Of a DNA stretch of 64,000 nucleotides, positions 45,522 through 57,153 are shown piece by piece (position 1 is the first letter of the stretch; the number at the start of each line of letters is the position of its first letter). Under the pieces are notes generated by a model, which worked only from the letters and a program-made list of their open reading frames with translations, had not been told where the DNA came from and ran no database searches. Source of the DNA: Escherichia coli (lineage in GTDB: Bacteria > Pseudomonadota > Gammaproteobacteria > Enterobacterales > Enterobacteriaceae). A program made the translations under genes and the position numbers. Where the stretch lies: assembly GCF_044324785.1 (NCBI RefSeq), contig NZ_CP172129.1; one strand, given 5' to 3'.

Positions 45522-46688
45522 ATGAGACTCATGGAAACACTTAACCAGTGCATAAACGCTGGTCATGAAATGACGAAGGCTATCGCCATTGCACAGTTTA
45601 ATGATGACAGCCCGGAAGCGAGGAAAATCACCCGACGCTGGAGAATAGGTGAAGCAGCGGATTTAGTTGGAGTATCTTCTCAGGCTATCAGGGATGCCGA
45701 GAAAGCAGGCCGGCTACCGCACCCGGATATGGAAATACGAGGACGGGTTGAGCAACGTGTTGGTTATACAATTGAACAAATTAATCATATGCGTGACGTG
45801 TTTGGTACGAGACTACGACGTGCTGAAGACGTATTTCCGCCGGTGATTGGAGTTGCTGCTCATAAAGGGGGCGTTTACAAAACCTCTGTTTCTGTTCATC
45901 TTGCTCAGGATCTGGCTCTGAAGGGATTACGTGTTCTGCTCGTGGAAGGTAACGACCCCCAGGGAACAGCATCGATGTATCACGGCTGGGTGCCAGATCT
46001 TCATATTCATGCAGAGGATACTCTCCTTCCCTTCTATCTTGGGGAAAAGGACGATGTCACTTATGCAATAAAGCCTACTTGCTGGCCTGGGCTTGACATT
46101 ATTCCTTCCTGTTTGGCTCTGCACCGCATTGAAACTGAGCTAATGGGCAAATTTGATGAAGGTAAATTGCCCACCGATCCACACCTGATGCTCCGACTGG
46201 CCATTGAAACCGTCGCTCATGACTATGATGTCATTGTCATTGACAGCGCGCCTAACCTAGGTATCGGCACGATTAATGTTGTATGTGCTGCTGATGTGTT
46301 GATTGTCCCCACGCCTGCTGAGTTGTTCGACTACACTTCCGCTCTGCAGTTTTTCGATATGCTTCGTGATCTGCTCAAAAACGTAGATCTTAAAGGATTC
46401 GAGCCTGATGTACGTATTTTGCTTACCAAATACAGTAATAGTAATGGTTCTCAGTCCCCGTGGATGGAGGAGCAAATTCGGGACGCCTGGGGAAGCATGG
46501 TCCTAAAAAATGTTGTGCGTGAAACGGATGAAGTTGGTAAAGGTCAGATCCGGATGAGAACTGTTTTTGAACAGGCTATTGATCAACGCTCTTCAACAGG
46601 TGCCTGGAGAAATGCCCTTTCTATTTGGGAACCTGTCTGCAATGAAATTTTCGATCGTTTGATTAAACCACGCTGGGAGATTAGATAA
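45522..46688 (+). CDS. sopA: Partition ATPase SopA (ParA family)
   Basis: Matches F SopA as recalled; deviant Walker [17 protein letters not shown] repeats in the promoter. Confidence 0.9.
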   Translation: MRLMETLNQCINAGHEMTKAIAIAQFNDDSPEARKITRRWRIGEAADLVGVSSQAIRDAEKAGRLPHPDMEIRGRVEQRVGYTIEQINHMRDVFGTRLRRAEDVFPPVIGVAAHKGGVYKTSVSVHLAQDLALKGLRVLLVEGNDPQGTASMYHGWVPDLHIHAEDTLLPFYLGEKDDVTYAIKPTCWPGLDIIPSCLALHRIETELMGKFDEGKLPTDPHLMLRLAIETVAHDYDVIVIDSAPNLGIGTINVVCAADVLIVPTPAELFDYTSALQFFDMLRDLLKNVDLKGFEPDVRILLTKYSNSNGSQSPWMEEQIRDAWGSMVLKNVVRETDEVGKGQIRMRTVFEQAIDQRSSTGAWRNALSIWEPVCNEIFDRLIKPRWEIR

Positions 46689-47659
46689 TGAAGCGTGCGC
46701 CTGTCATTCCAAAACATACGATTAAGACTCAACCGCTTGAAGATACTCCGTCATCGGCACCAGCTGCACCGATGGTGGATTCGTTAATTGCGCGCGTAGG
46801 AGCTATGGCTCGTGGCAATGCTATTACTTTGCCTGTATGTGGTAGGGACGTGAAATTTACCCTTGAGGTGCTCCGGGGAGATAGTGTTGAGAAGACCTCT
46901 CGGGTATGGTCAGGTAATGAACGTGACCAGGAACTGCTTACCGAAGACGCCCTGGATGATCTTATCCCTTCTTTTCTACTGACAGGTCAGCAGACACCAG
47001 CATTCGGTCGAAGAGTGTCTGGGGTCATAGAAATTGCCGATGGGAGCCGCCGTCGTAAAGCTGCTGCACTTACAGAAAGTGATTATCGAGTTCTGGTTGG
47101 TGAGCTGGATGATGAGCAGATGGCTGCATTGTCCAGATTGGGTAACGATTATAGGCCAACAAGTGCTTATGAACGTGGTCAGCGTTATGCAAGCCGATTG
47201 CAGAATGAATTTGCTGGAAATATTTCTGCGCTGGCTGATGCAGAAAATATTTCACGTAAGATTATTACCCGCTGTATCAACACAGCTAAACTGCCTAAAT
47301 CAGTTGTTGCTCTTTTTTCTCATCCCGGTGAACTATCTGCCCGGTCAGGTGATGCACTTCAAAGAGCTTTTACAGATAAAGAAGAATTACTTAAGCAGCA
47401 GGCATCTAACCTTCACGAGCAGAAAAAAGCAGGAGTGATATTTGAAGCTGAAGAAGTCATCACTCTTTTAACGTCTGTGCTTAAAACGTCATCTGCCTCA
47501 AGAACTAGCTTAAGCTCACGACATCAGTTTGCTCCTGGAGCGACAGTGTTGTACAAGGGCGATAAAATGGTGTTAAACCTAGATAGATCTCGTATTCCAA
47601 CTGAGTGTATAGAGAGAATTGAAGCCATTCTTAAGGAACTTGAAAAAGCGGCACTTTGA
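46688..47659 (+). CDS. sopB: Centromere-binding protein SopB (ParB family, 323 aa)
   Basis: Matches F SopB as recalled; immediately downstream of sopA. Confidence 0.9.
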   Translation: MKRAPVIPKHTIKTQPLEDTPSSAPAAPMVDSLIARVGAMARGNAITLPVCGRDVKFTLEVLRGDSVEKTSRVWSGNERDQELLTEDALDDLIPSFLLTGQQTPAFGRRVSGVIEIADGSRRRKAAALTESDYRVLVGELDDEQMAALSRLGNDYRPTSAYERGQRYASRLQNEFAGNISALADAENISRKIITRCINTAKLPKSVVALFSHPGELSARSGDALQRAFTDKEELLKQQASNLHEQKKAGVIFEAEEVITLLTSVLKTSSASRTSLSSRHQFAPGATVLYKGDKMVLNLDRSRIPTECIERIEAILKELEKAAL

Positions 47660-47749
47660 TGCGGCACGTTTTAGTCTACATTTATCTGTCTTTACTTAAT
47701 TTCCTTTAGCACAGGCTAGAAAACATAACTAACTGGCCTGAATATTATA

Positions 47750-48093
47750 TCTGGGACCACGGTCCCAGTTGTATTGTCGGTCTGATAATCAGTCTGGGAC
47801 CACGGTCCCACTCATATTGTCGGTCTGATAATCAGTCTGGGACCACGGTCCCACTCATATTGTTGGTCTGCTAATCAGTCTGGGACCACGGTCCCACTCA
47901 TATTGTCGGTCTGCTAATCAGTCTGGGACCACGGTCCCACTCATATTGTTGGTCTGATTATCGGTCTGGGACCACGGTCCCACTCATATTGTTAGTCTGA
48001 TAATCAGTCTGGGACCGCGGTCCCACTCGTATTGTTGGTCTGCTAATCAGTCTGGGACCACGGTCTCACTTGTATTGTCGATCTGATTATCAG
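47750..48093. repeat. sopC: sopC centromere: 8 tandem 43-bp repeats, each with the inverted repeat tgggaccacggtccca
   Basis: Counted directly; repeats abut with no spacers (not CRISPR). Confidence 0.9.
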
Positions 48094-48699
48094 CGTGAGA
48101 CTACGATTCCATTAATGCCTGCCAGTGAGTGTGTGGAACATATCTTGGCCAGTGGCTTGGTCTGTGATGTGCTGCGTATACCGGGTGAACCGCCCCGCCG
48201 CTTGTTTGACCGCTATATTCTGCGGGAGTTTTCTTGGAGGCACGGGATGAAATCCGCAGCATGGCGGATGCCCTGGCAAAAATCCGGAAATGATGACGAT
48301 GGCGGGGAAAATCCCCGCCTTTTTCCTGCCGGTCCCCGGACAGAGCACAAAGGAAGTCGCCGCCGGCTCCGCTTTACCCGGCCATGCGGAGCATGGCCTT
48401 GTGGGGGTTCAGTTATGTGGACGTCGAGTCGTGTGCGGGCTGTGCCGTGCCTCCATCTTAGCCGGGCTGGCGTTGATGCAAGCAACTGTCTTAATGGGAG
48501 GCGGTTATCTGAAAAAAGTACGGGATAATATTATGGAATCGCCCATCTCAAGCAAAAAACTGACTCGCTTCGATACTACGCTGACAGGCTGTTTTGAGCG
48601 AGATATCTCTCGTGTCGGGCATCGACATTTTAAATGATTCTAAATAATATGAGCAGGGTCAGTCTTATTAAAGATTAAAACACCGGATAACAAGTTTTA

Positions 48700-49281
48700 T
48701 TGATTATGGATGAAGAGAAAACTCGTGCTGAAGTGGCACACATAGAATTTATTTCATATGGTACGTCTCGAATTTTTGATAGGCGTATGAGATCCTTAGA
48801 CTGGAAGCGTAAGGTTGTCACCTTCCTTGGGGTCTTTGTTCCACTGATGATAGGTTGTGCAGTTTTATCATTCGGACTTGAAGCTCCATTTCTGCCGCTT
48901 TGCATCACAATTGCCGGTGTGGCAAGTATCATGCAATTGGGGTTCTCGCTGTGGTCTTTGGTTTCCGGATGGGATCGCTCATATAGTGATTGCATGGCTT
49001 CCGTTAAGGAAAATACAGCCATTTATAACCTAGCTGGTAGTGTTCGCAAGAAAATAGGTAAGCTTGACGAAGCCAAATTGGAAATTTTGATAGACGATTT
49101 GACGGAAAAATTTGAGCGAAGGGAGCAGGAAGACTTAACTTTGTGTGTGAGTGATAAAGAACTTCGTTATGCAAACCGTATGTCCTGTTTCTACTTCAAA
49201 AAAAAATGCCATATTTGTAATGTCGTTCCCCTAACTTTGAAACCGGGAAAATGTGTTTGTGATGGTTGTGGGAAATTTTAA
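48700..49281 (+). CDS. Hypothetical protein (193 aa) with two central hydrophobic helices and a C-terminal Cys cluster (CHIC...CVCDGC)
   Basis: Hydrophobic stretches VVTFLGVFVPLMIGCAVLSF and LPLCITIAGVASIMQLGFSLWSLV; region is AT-richer than its flanks. Confidence 0.5.
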   Translation: MIMDEEKTRAEVAHIEFISYGTSRIFDRRMRSLDWKRKVVTFLGVFVPLMIGCAVLSFGLEAPFLPLCITIAGVASIMQLGFSLWSLVSGWDRSYSDCMASVKENTAIYNLAGSVRKKIGKLDEAKLEILIDDLTEKFERREQEDLTLCVSDKELRYANRMSCFYFKKKCHICNVVPLTLKPGKCVCDGCGKF

Positions 49282-49293
49282 CAAGGAGAACAT

Positions 49294-49506
49294 ATGAGTA
49301 GTGCAAAAATTCTTAACGCTTACTTCGAGGCTTCTGAAGAAGATCGAAAGGAGTTCCTACGGGTTCTTAGTCATTTTTATAAGGATAACCGAAGAGTACC
49401 TCTGCAAGAGGGCATGGAGAGCTTTGCCGTCAATGAAAGCATCCGTAAATCGCAGTCAATTAACTTTGCCCCTATGCAAGGTGGGTGTCCACTCTGCGGC
49501 AAGTAA
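49294..49506 (+). CDS. Hypothetical small protein (70 aa) ending in CPLCGK
   Basis: 13 bp downstream of the previous ORF, same strand, with a ribosome-binding site (aaggag); likely co-transcribed. Confidence 0.4.
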   Translation: MSSAKILNAYFEASEEDRKEFLRVLSHFYKDNRRVPLQEGMESFAVNESIRKSQSINFAPMQGGCPLCGK

Positions 49507-49766
49507 CGACCAAAGCCGCTTGACTAGCGGCTTGATAGATTTCTTTATATTGTAACTAGCATCTTTACATCCTGTTAAAAAAGTGGCTATTGCCCGCTAT
49601 CTTGCAATTCTCCGTATTTGGTACAAAAACAGCCGAAAGCTGCACTATCAGCAGCTATGAGCAGCGGCCCCACTGACATCGCGGATGCTTTGTCCGTGGG
49701 AGGGCGGATCACAACAGGCCTGCGGGATAAGTTGTTCTTTCTGTCATTATGTAAAATGACCGGCAG

Positions 49767-50768
<1,002 letters not shown>

Positions 50769-51139
50769 TCAATCAACTGTACGGATTTGTGATGAGTGAC
50801 TCAGCTCATGCGCGGGACGCTTGCATGCGGGCTTAATACCCTCGGGTTCGCACGTGCTGCATGAGCTTTGCCAGACCTACAGATTCAGTTTATGCCATCT
50901 TCAAGATATAAGGATACGCTTCGCCGCTGCGGTCACCCGGTCCCTCCTTCCCGTCTGCCGTGATTTTCCGGTCGTTTACCCGCTCAGATTTCGCGGTCTC
51001 ACCCTCCAACTCCCGCCAGCCGTGTGTGTCAGGCTGCGGCTTCCCTTGCGCCCTTTGCATCCCCGCCTTATCGCCCGGCTTTTATGGAGGCACGGCACAG
51101 CCCGGTGTCGCGGAATATGTGAACAACGGAGGAAATCCC

Positions 51140-51565
51140 ATGCAGTATGCGAAACCTGTCACTCTGAATGTTGAAGAGTGCGACCGTCTGTCTTTTCTGC
51201 CTTACCTGTTTGGCAACGATTTTCTGTATGCCGAAGCATATGTGTACGCGCTGGCGCAAAAAATGATGCCGGAATATCAGGGAGGCTTCTGGCACTTCAT
51301 CCGCCTGCCGGACGGTGGCGGTTACATGATGCCGGATGGCGACCGTTTTCATCTGGTTAACGGTGAAAACTGGTTTGACCGCACGGTCAGTGCCGATGCC
51401 GCAGGCATCATTCTGACTTCCCTTGTGATTAACCGCCAGTTGTGGCTGTACCACGACAGCGGTAACGCAGGGCTGACACACCTGTACCGGATGCGTGATG
51501 CGCAGTTGTGGAGCCACATCGAATTTCACCCCGAATGTAACGCGATTTACGCGGCGCTGGACTGA
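51140..51565 (+). CDS. klcA: ArdB/KlcA-family antirestriction protein (141 aa)
   Basis: [16 protein letters not shown] region resembles the KlcA/ArdB core; leading-region position. Confidence 0.65.
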   Translation: MQYAKPVTLNVEECDRLSFLPYLFGNDFLYAEAYVYALAQKMMPEYQGGFWHFIRLPDGGGYMMPDGDRFHLVNGENWFDRTVSADAAGIILTSLVINRQLWLYHDSGNAGLTHLYRMRDAQLWSHIEFHPECNAIYAALD

Positions 51566-51654
51566 TTAACGGACGGGGCGGCAATGCCGCCCCTGTAAAG
51601 GAGACGAGAACATGTACTGTTAAAGAAATTATCCGCGATGTACTGGATACAGAC

Positions 51655-52026
51655 GTGCCGGACAGTGAATGCGTTTTTGCCGTGGTGCTGACCCGTGGGA
51701 ATGTGCGCCATATGGCTCAGGACTGGAACCTGTCAGACGATGAGCTGGAAACCGTCATGCAGCGGCTGGACGATGCTTTTGTATATGGCGCATGTGACAG
51801 AGTTGTTTCCGATATTGTCAATGAACTGATGGAGGAAAAGCGCGTAAACCGCCTTGTAACAGTCCCTGCGGTGCTGCTGGAAAAAGTGATGGTGATGGCT
51901 GGTAGTGAAATTTATCGCCTCCATGCTGTCGGGAGCGAGAACGGGGGCGACGGTGACGCATTTGTCAGGGAAGAACGTGAGATTATGCGGGTGATGCGTC
52001 AGGCGCTGGACGGGGAGAACGGGTAA
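51655..52026 (+). CDS. Hypothetical leading-region protein (123 aa)
   Basis: ORF with a stop/start overlap (TAATG) with the next ORF. Confidence 0.4.
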   Translation: MPDSECVFAVVLTRGNVRHMAQDWNLSDDELETVMQRLDDAFVYGACDRVVSDIVNELMEEKRVNRLVTVPAVLLEKVMVMAGSEIYRLHAVGSENGGDGDAFVREEREIMRVMRQALDGENG

Positions 52027-52208
52027 TGAATATCAGCACGGAAACCCGCGAAATTCTGCGTAATTACAAAACCGTGATTAATGCGCGGCGTCGTGAGATG
52101 GGGCAGAAACCGCTCACCACCGCGCAGATTGTTGATGAAATCTGCGATTTTGTGACGAATCAGCAGGCGGTTTTCCTCGGTGGTCACTATATCCTTCAGG
52201 GCAGCTGA
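52026..52208 (+). CDS. Hypothetical leading-region protein (60 aa)
   Basis: Translationally coupled small ORF. Confidence 0.3.
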   Translation: MNISTETREILRNYKTVINARRREMGQKPLTTAQIVDEICDFVTNQQAVFLGGHYILQGS

Positions 52209-52442
52209 AACAGGTGATACAGGGCAGGCGGTGGAGGCCGCCTGTCAGCCCGCGCGAACCCCCCTGGCAGGCTGACGCCTGCCGGAAGGGAAGCGGGCCA
52301 CGCTGACGCGTCGCCCGTTACCCTTCCCGTTAGTGATGTGTCCGGAATGTTTTTTCTGATGTTATTTTTCTGTGGTTACCGTGTTTGTTATTGTTCTTCT
52401 TCTTTTTCCTCTTCCTCTTCTTTCCGTTCCTCTCCTGTTTAT

Positions 52443-52972
52443 GGCTTTTCCGGGCGTCCCCCTGGCGGGGCGGGCTGTCGTGAACGGAGCCAGCGGAGCT
52501 GTCTCCGCCCTGGCGGGCTTCCATCCCTGACGCGAAACCATGGCTTGCAGCGACCGTTCCGGTCGCGCCGCCTCTGTCGCGCCGTGGCCTGCGCTCCCGG
52601 CATCCCGGCAAAAGGCGCCGGAATGTAAGGAGCAACGCCGTTTCGCAAACCGCGCTTCACGTCGTTGCGGCGGGTCCCTGCTCATTGCCTGCCAAGTGCC
52701 ACACACCCGTATGAGTCCCTGTCGCCGGGGGCTGAGACAGCCACAACCTGCCGCACTGACTGTCCAGGGTAAATGAACAGCCCACAAAATTTTTTACCCA
52801 GAACCCGGTAAAAAATTTTGCGTTCTGCCCAGGACAGGTGCGTCAGGCCGTGGCAGTGATGCCCCTTGCGGCGAAGGTTCTCAAACGGGTGAAGTTCATA
52901 CCACAGGGAATACAGCAGCAGGTTCCCGCGAAACGTCAAAACCGCGGCTCCCGAAACTCAACGGGTGATGTT
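52443..52972 (+). repeat. Structured ~530-bp repeat, copy A (Frpo/ssi-like single-strand promoter element)
   Basis: Near-identical to 55701-56228 and 61091-61618; internal palindromes such as caaaattttttaccc...gggtaaaaaattttg. Confidence 0.6.
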
Positions 52973-53201
52973 CTTTAAAAATCAGGATTTATTTCAGGCT
53001 CCGGCAATACGCATTTATTTGTTCTGTCAGTCATCCGGCTGGCAGGTAATGAGAACGCAGGAACAGAAGGAGGAAAACACCGGAAAGCGTCAGATGCAGA
53101 TATGAAAAAAGCAGGTCAGGGACCTGCTTAATCCACGCCGTAGAAATCGCCGCAATCGATTTTCACGGCTTCACTAACCTGTGTCATAAGGAGTTTCATT
53201 T

Positions 53202-53432
53202 ATGACAGTAAGTATTGTTTCACCTTCCGCAGCGGCTGTAAAGCCCCGCCGTCATCCCCGTTTCAGACGCGAAGACATCCCCGCGCCGGAAATTGACCCC
53301 GTGCTGAAAGCATTCGGGCGACACATAGCCCGGAGTTTTCACCGGGGACGTGGTGTACACATCCCCGCCATGAAAAACACGGCTTTCGGGCAGGTGCTCC
53401 GCACACTTGAACTGAAACGCGCTTTTAACTGA
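53202..53432 (+). CDS. Hypothetical small basic protein (76 aa)
   Basis: ORF downstream of repeat copy A with an upstream ribosome-binding site (aaggag). Confidence 0.35.
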   Translation: MTVSIVSPSAAAVKPRRHPRFRREDIPAPEIDPVLKAFGRHIARSFHRGRGVHIPAMKNTAFGQVLRTLELKRAFN

Positions 53433-53483
53433 TGAGGTGAGCCGCCCCGCGAGGGGCGGCAACAGACGGAAGGAGAACATTTT

Positions 53484-54845
53484 ATGACATTAGCAGCAAT
53501 CACCATGACCGCCCCAGAAGCCGCCAGCCCTGTGCAGATGTACCGCGCGACCTACTCACCGGATGACAACAAACTGCGCCTGTATGCTGCGTCACGTCTT
53601 GACCCGGAGACGTATAAAAAAGTGCATGATGCCGGTTTTCGCTGGGCACCAAAACAGGCGCTGTTTGTGGCTCCAGCCTGGACACCGGGCCGGGAAGACG
53701 TGCTCCTCTCACTTGCCGGAGAGATTGAGGATGAAGACAGCACGCTCGCTGAACGTCAGGAAGCACGGGCGGAGCGGTTTACCGGATACAGCGGAAAGCG
53801 GGCCAGTGAATCCGCACAGGCACTTGATGAAGTGGAAAGACTGGCCGCGATGATCCCGCCCGGTCAGCCCATTCTTGTGGGGCATCACAGCGAACGCCGC
53901 GCCCGTCGTGATGCGCAGCGTATTGAAAACGGCATGAAACGTGCCGTGATGCTCGTTGAACGTGCGGAATACTGGGAAGAGCGGGCGCGGTCGGCACTGC
54001 TTCACGCGAAGTATAAAGAACGTCCGGACGTTCGCTGGCGTCGTATCAAAAAAATCGAAGCTGATTTGCGCAAGGCTGAAAAGACCATCGCGCAGTCGCA
54101 GAAATATCTGACGATATGGCGGGCTGAATCGCTGGATCTGAATATGGCAAAACTCATCAGTAGTCATGACCGTATCAGTGCCTGTTTCCCGCTGGATACG
54201 TATCCGCGCCCGGCAGAAAAAAGCCAGTATGAAGGAAGTCGATCGTTATGGTCGGCCCTGGATGATGACATCATCACCACGGAGCAGGCCCGCGAAATTG
54301 CGATCCGCTGTCATAAACGGCAGATTCAGCATCAGCAACGCTGGGTTAACCACTATCAGAACCGCCTGATCTATGAGCGTGCCATGCTGGACGAAAGCGG
54401 CGGCGTGGTTACCCGGACACAGGATTTTGAGCCGGGCGGACAGGTTTTCAGCCGGGGCGAGTGGCTGACCATCATCCGCGTGAACAAAAGCAACGGGACG
54501 GTGAGTTCAGTCACAACGCCGAATTACAGTTTTCTCGGGTACAGTGGCACGATGAAAGTGACGCCCGATCGCATTACGGACTACAAAGCACCATCGGCAG
54601 AAGAGGCTGCCGTCGCCAGTCAGGCCGCTAAGCGTCCGCCTGTTGTCAACTATCCGGGAGAAGGTTTCCGGGAAATGACAAAGGCACAGTGGGCTGCCCT
54701 GCCCCGGGACTGTAAGGCCGTGCGCAGTGTGGCAGAGGCAGAAGACCACGGGGCATATCGTTACCGCCGCACAATGGACAATAATTTCCGCCTGGTGAAT
54801 GTGTATATCACCGACATGAAGATTACGGAAATCCCACAGAAATAA
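53484..54845 (+). CDS. Conserved leading-region protein of unknown function (453 aa)
   Basis: Long ORF with ribosome-binding site ggagaa; no catalytic motif recognised. Confidence 0.55.
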   Translation: MTLAAITMTAPEAASPVQMYRATYSPDDNKLRLYAASRLDPETYKKVHDAGFRWAPKQALFVAPAWTPGREDVLLSLAGEIEDEDSTLAERQEARAERFTGYSGKRASESAQALDEVERLAAMIPPGQPILVGHHSERRARRDAQRIENGMKRAVMLVERAEYWEERARSALLHAKYKERPDVRWRRIKKIEADLRKAEKTIAQSQKYLTIWRAESLDLNMAKLISSHDRISACFPLDTYPRPAEKSQYEGSRSLWSALDDDIITTEQAREIAIRCHKRQIQHQQRWVNHYQNRLIYERAMLDESGGVVTRTQDFEPGGQVFSRGEWLTIIRVNKSNGTVSSVTTPNYSFLGYSGTMKVTPDRITDYKAPSAEEAAVASQAAKRPPVVNYPGEGFREMTKAQWAALPRDCKAVRSVAEAEDHGAYRYRRTMDNNFRLVNVYITDMKITEIPQK

Positions 54846-54892
54846 GGTATATCCTCCCGGGAAAATCCCCGGGGGATGACGGAGATAATGAC

Positions 54893-55456
54893 ATGTACAG
54901 TCAGTTAAGAGAACGTATCCGGCTGATGCGCGCAAGGCTGGATAACGCCGCGCCGGTTGCTGAAATCCGGGCTGAATCTCAGCTTTTTGTGACTCCTGCC
55001 CCGGTCTGTGATCGCCTGGTGACGCTGGCGGGGATCAGCAACCGTGATCACATTCTGGAACCCTCTGCCGGCACCGGGGCCATACTGCGGGCGATTAGGG
55101 ATACCGCGCCGGTAGCCATGTGTGATGCGGTGGAAATCAACAGCGGGCTGGTCCGGTATCTGCGGGAAAATTTTAACGGTGTCAGGGTTCAGTGTGGCGA
55201 CTTCATGGAATGGCAGCCGGTGCAGTATTACAGCCGGGTTATCATGAATCCGCCGTTCAGCCACGGGCAGGATATCCGGCATATCCTGCGGGCCTTTTCC
55301 CTGTTGCGTCCGGGTGGCGTGCTGGTCGCCGTCTGTCTCAACGGGCCACGCCAGCAGGAGAAGCTGTTACCGTTTTCTGACGTCCGCGAGGAGCTGCCGC
55401 GCGGCACATTTGCTTATACCGATGTCCCGACGATGATTATTCGTCTGCGTGCCTGA
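54893..55456 (+). CDS. Orphan DNA N6-adenine methyltransferase (187 aa)
   Basis: SAM-binding EPSAGTGAI and catalytic NPPF motifs. Confidence 0.75.
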   Translation: MYSQLRERIRLMRARLDNAAPVAEIRAESQLFVTPAPVCDRLVTLAGISNRDHILEPSAGTGAILRAIRDTAPVAMCDAVEINSGLVRYLRENFNGVRVQCGDFMEWQPVQYYSRVIMNPPFSHGQDIRHILRAFSLLRPGGVLVAVCLNGPRQQEKLLPFSDVREELPRGTFAYTDVPTMIIRLRA

Positions 55457-55700
55457 AGACTCCGGGCAGGCGGGAGGATAAATGCTCGTCTGCCCGCGCC
55501 GGGAAAAGACCGCGCGCCGGTGGCGCTGAAAGGGGCCGCGCTCACGCGCCGCCCCTTTCATTACGCGGAAATTCTGCTGTGGGCTTCTGTCTTTTCAGAT
55601 CTGTCATTTGTCTGTTACTGATGATGTTCCTGCTACTGCTACTGTTTTTCTTTTTTCTGCTGCTCTGATTACTGTCTGTCTTGTTCTTCTTCTGCCTGTG

Positions 55701-56228
55701 CCTTTTCCGGGCGTCCCCCTGGCGGGGCGGGCTGTCGTGAACGGAGCCAGCGGAGCTGTCTCCGCCCTGGCGGGCTTCCATCCCTGACGCAAAACCCCTG
55801 GCTTGCAGCGACTGTTCCGGTCGCGCGCCTCTGTCGCGCCGTGGCCTGCGCTCCTGGCATCCCGGCAAAAGGCCGCCGGGATGTAAGGCGCAACGCCGTT
55901 TCGCAAACCGCGCTTCACGTCGTTGCGGCGGGTCCCTGCCCGTTGTTATGTCCGGTGCCATTCACCTGTTTAAGCCCCTGTCGCCGGGGGCAAAGACAGC
56001 CACAACCGTCTCCGCCAGTCCAGGGGTGAAATGCACATCCCGCAAAACTTTTTGCCCAAAAGCAGGCAAAAACTTTTGCGGTCTGCCCCCGGACAGTCGT
56101 TTCCTGCCGTGGCAGTGATGCCCCTTGCGGCGAAGGTTTTCAAAAAGGTGATGGTGAATACCGGAGGGAACAAAAGGCAGGTCCCCGCAAAACGTCAAAA
56201 CCGCGGCTCCCGAAACTCAAAAGATGAT
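55701..56228 (+). repeat. Structured ~530-bp repeat, copy B (Frpo/ssi-like), upstream of ssb
   Basis: See copy A. Confidence 0.6.
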
Positions 56229-56261
56229 GGGGCTGAAAACATCAACAGAAGGAGACACATC

Positions 56262-57090
<829 letters not shown>

Positions 57091-57153
57091 GAGAGGTGCC
57101 GGACGGGAATGCGTCCGGCAGACATACAACCATCCCGGTCAAAGGAGAAATAT

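Noticed and set aside
47750-48093. Possible CRISPR array
   Set aside because: The 43-bp repeats abut directly with no spacers and each carries the sopB-binding palindrome; this is the sopC centromere.
48094-48660. ORFs of 152 and 115 aa downstream of sopC
   Set aside because: No ribosome-binding site or motif support, and they overlap antisense ORFs of similar length; left unannotated.
52330-52939. ORFs of 73-141 aa inside the structured repeats (also at 55542-56198 and 60992-61589)
   Set aside because: They fall entirely within palindromic repeat DNA and give Arg/Pro/Gly-rich products; more likely artefacts of GC-rich structured sequence.
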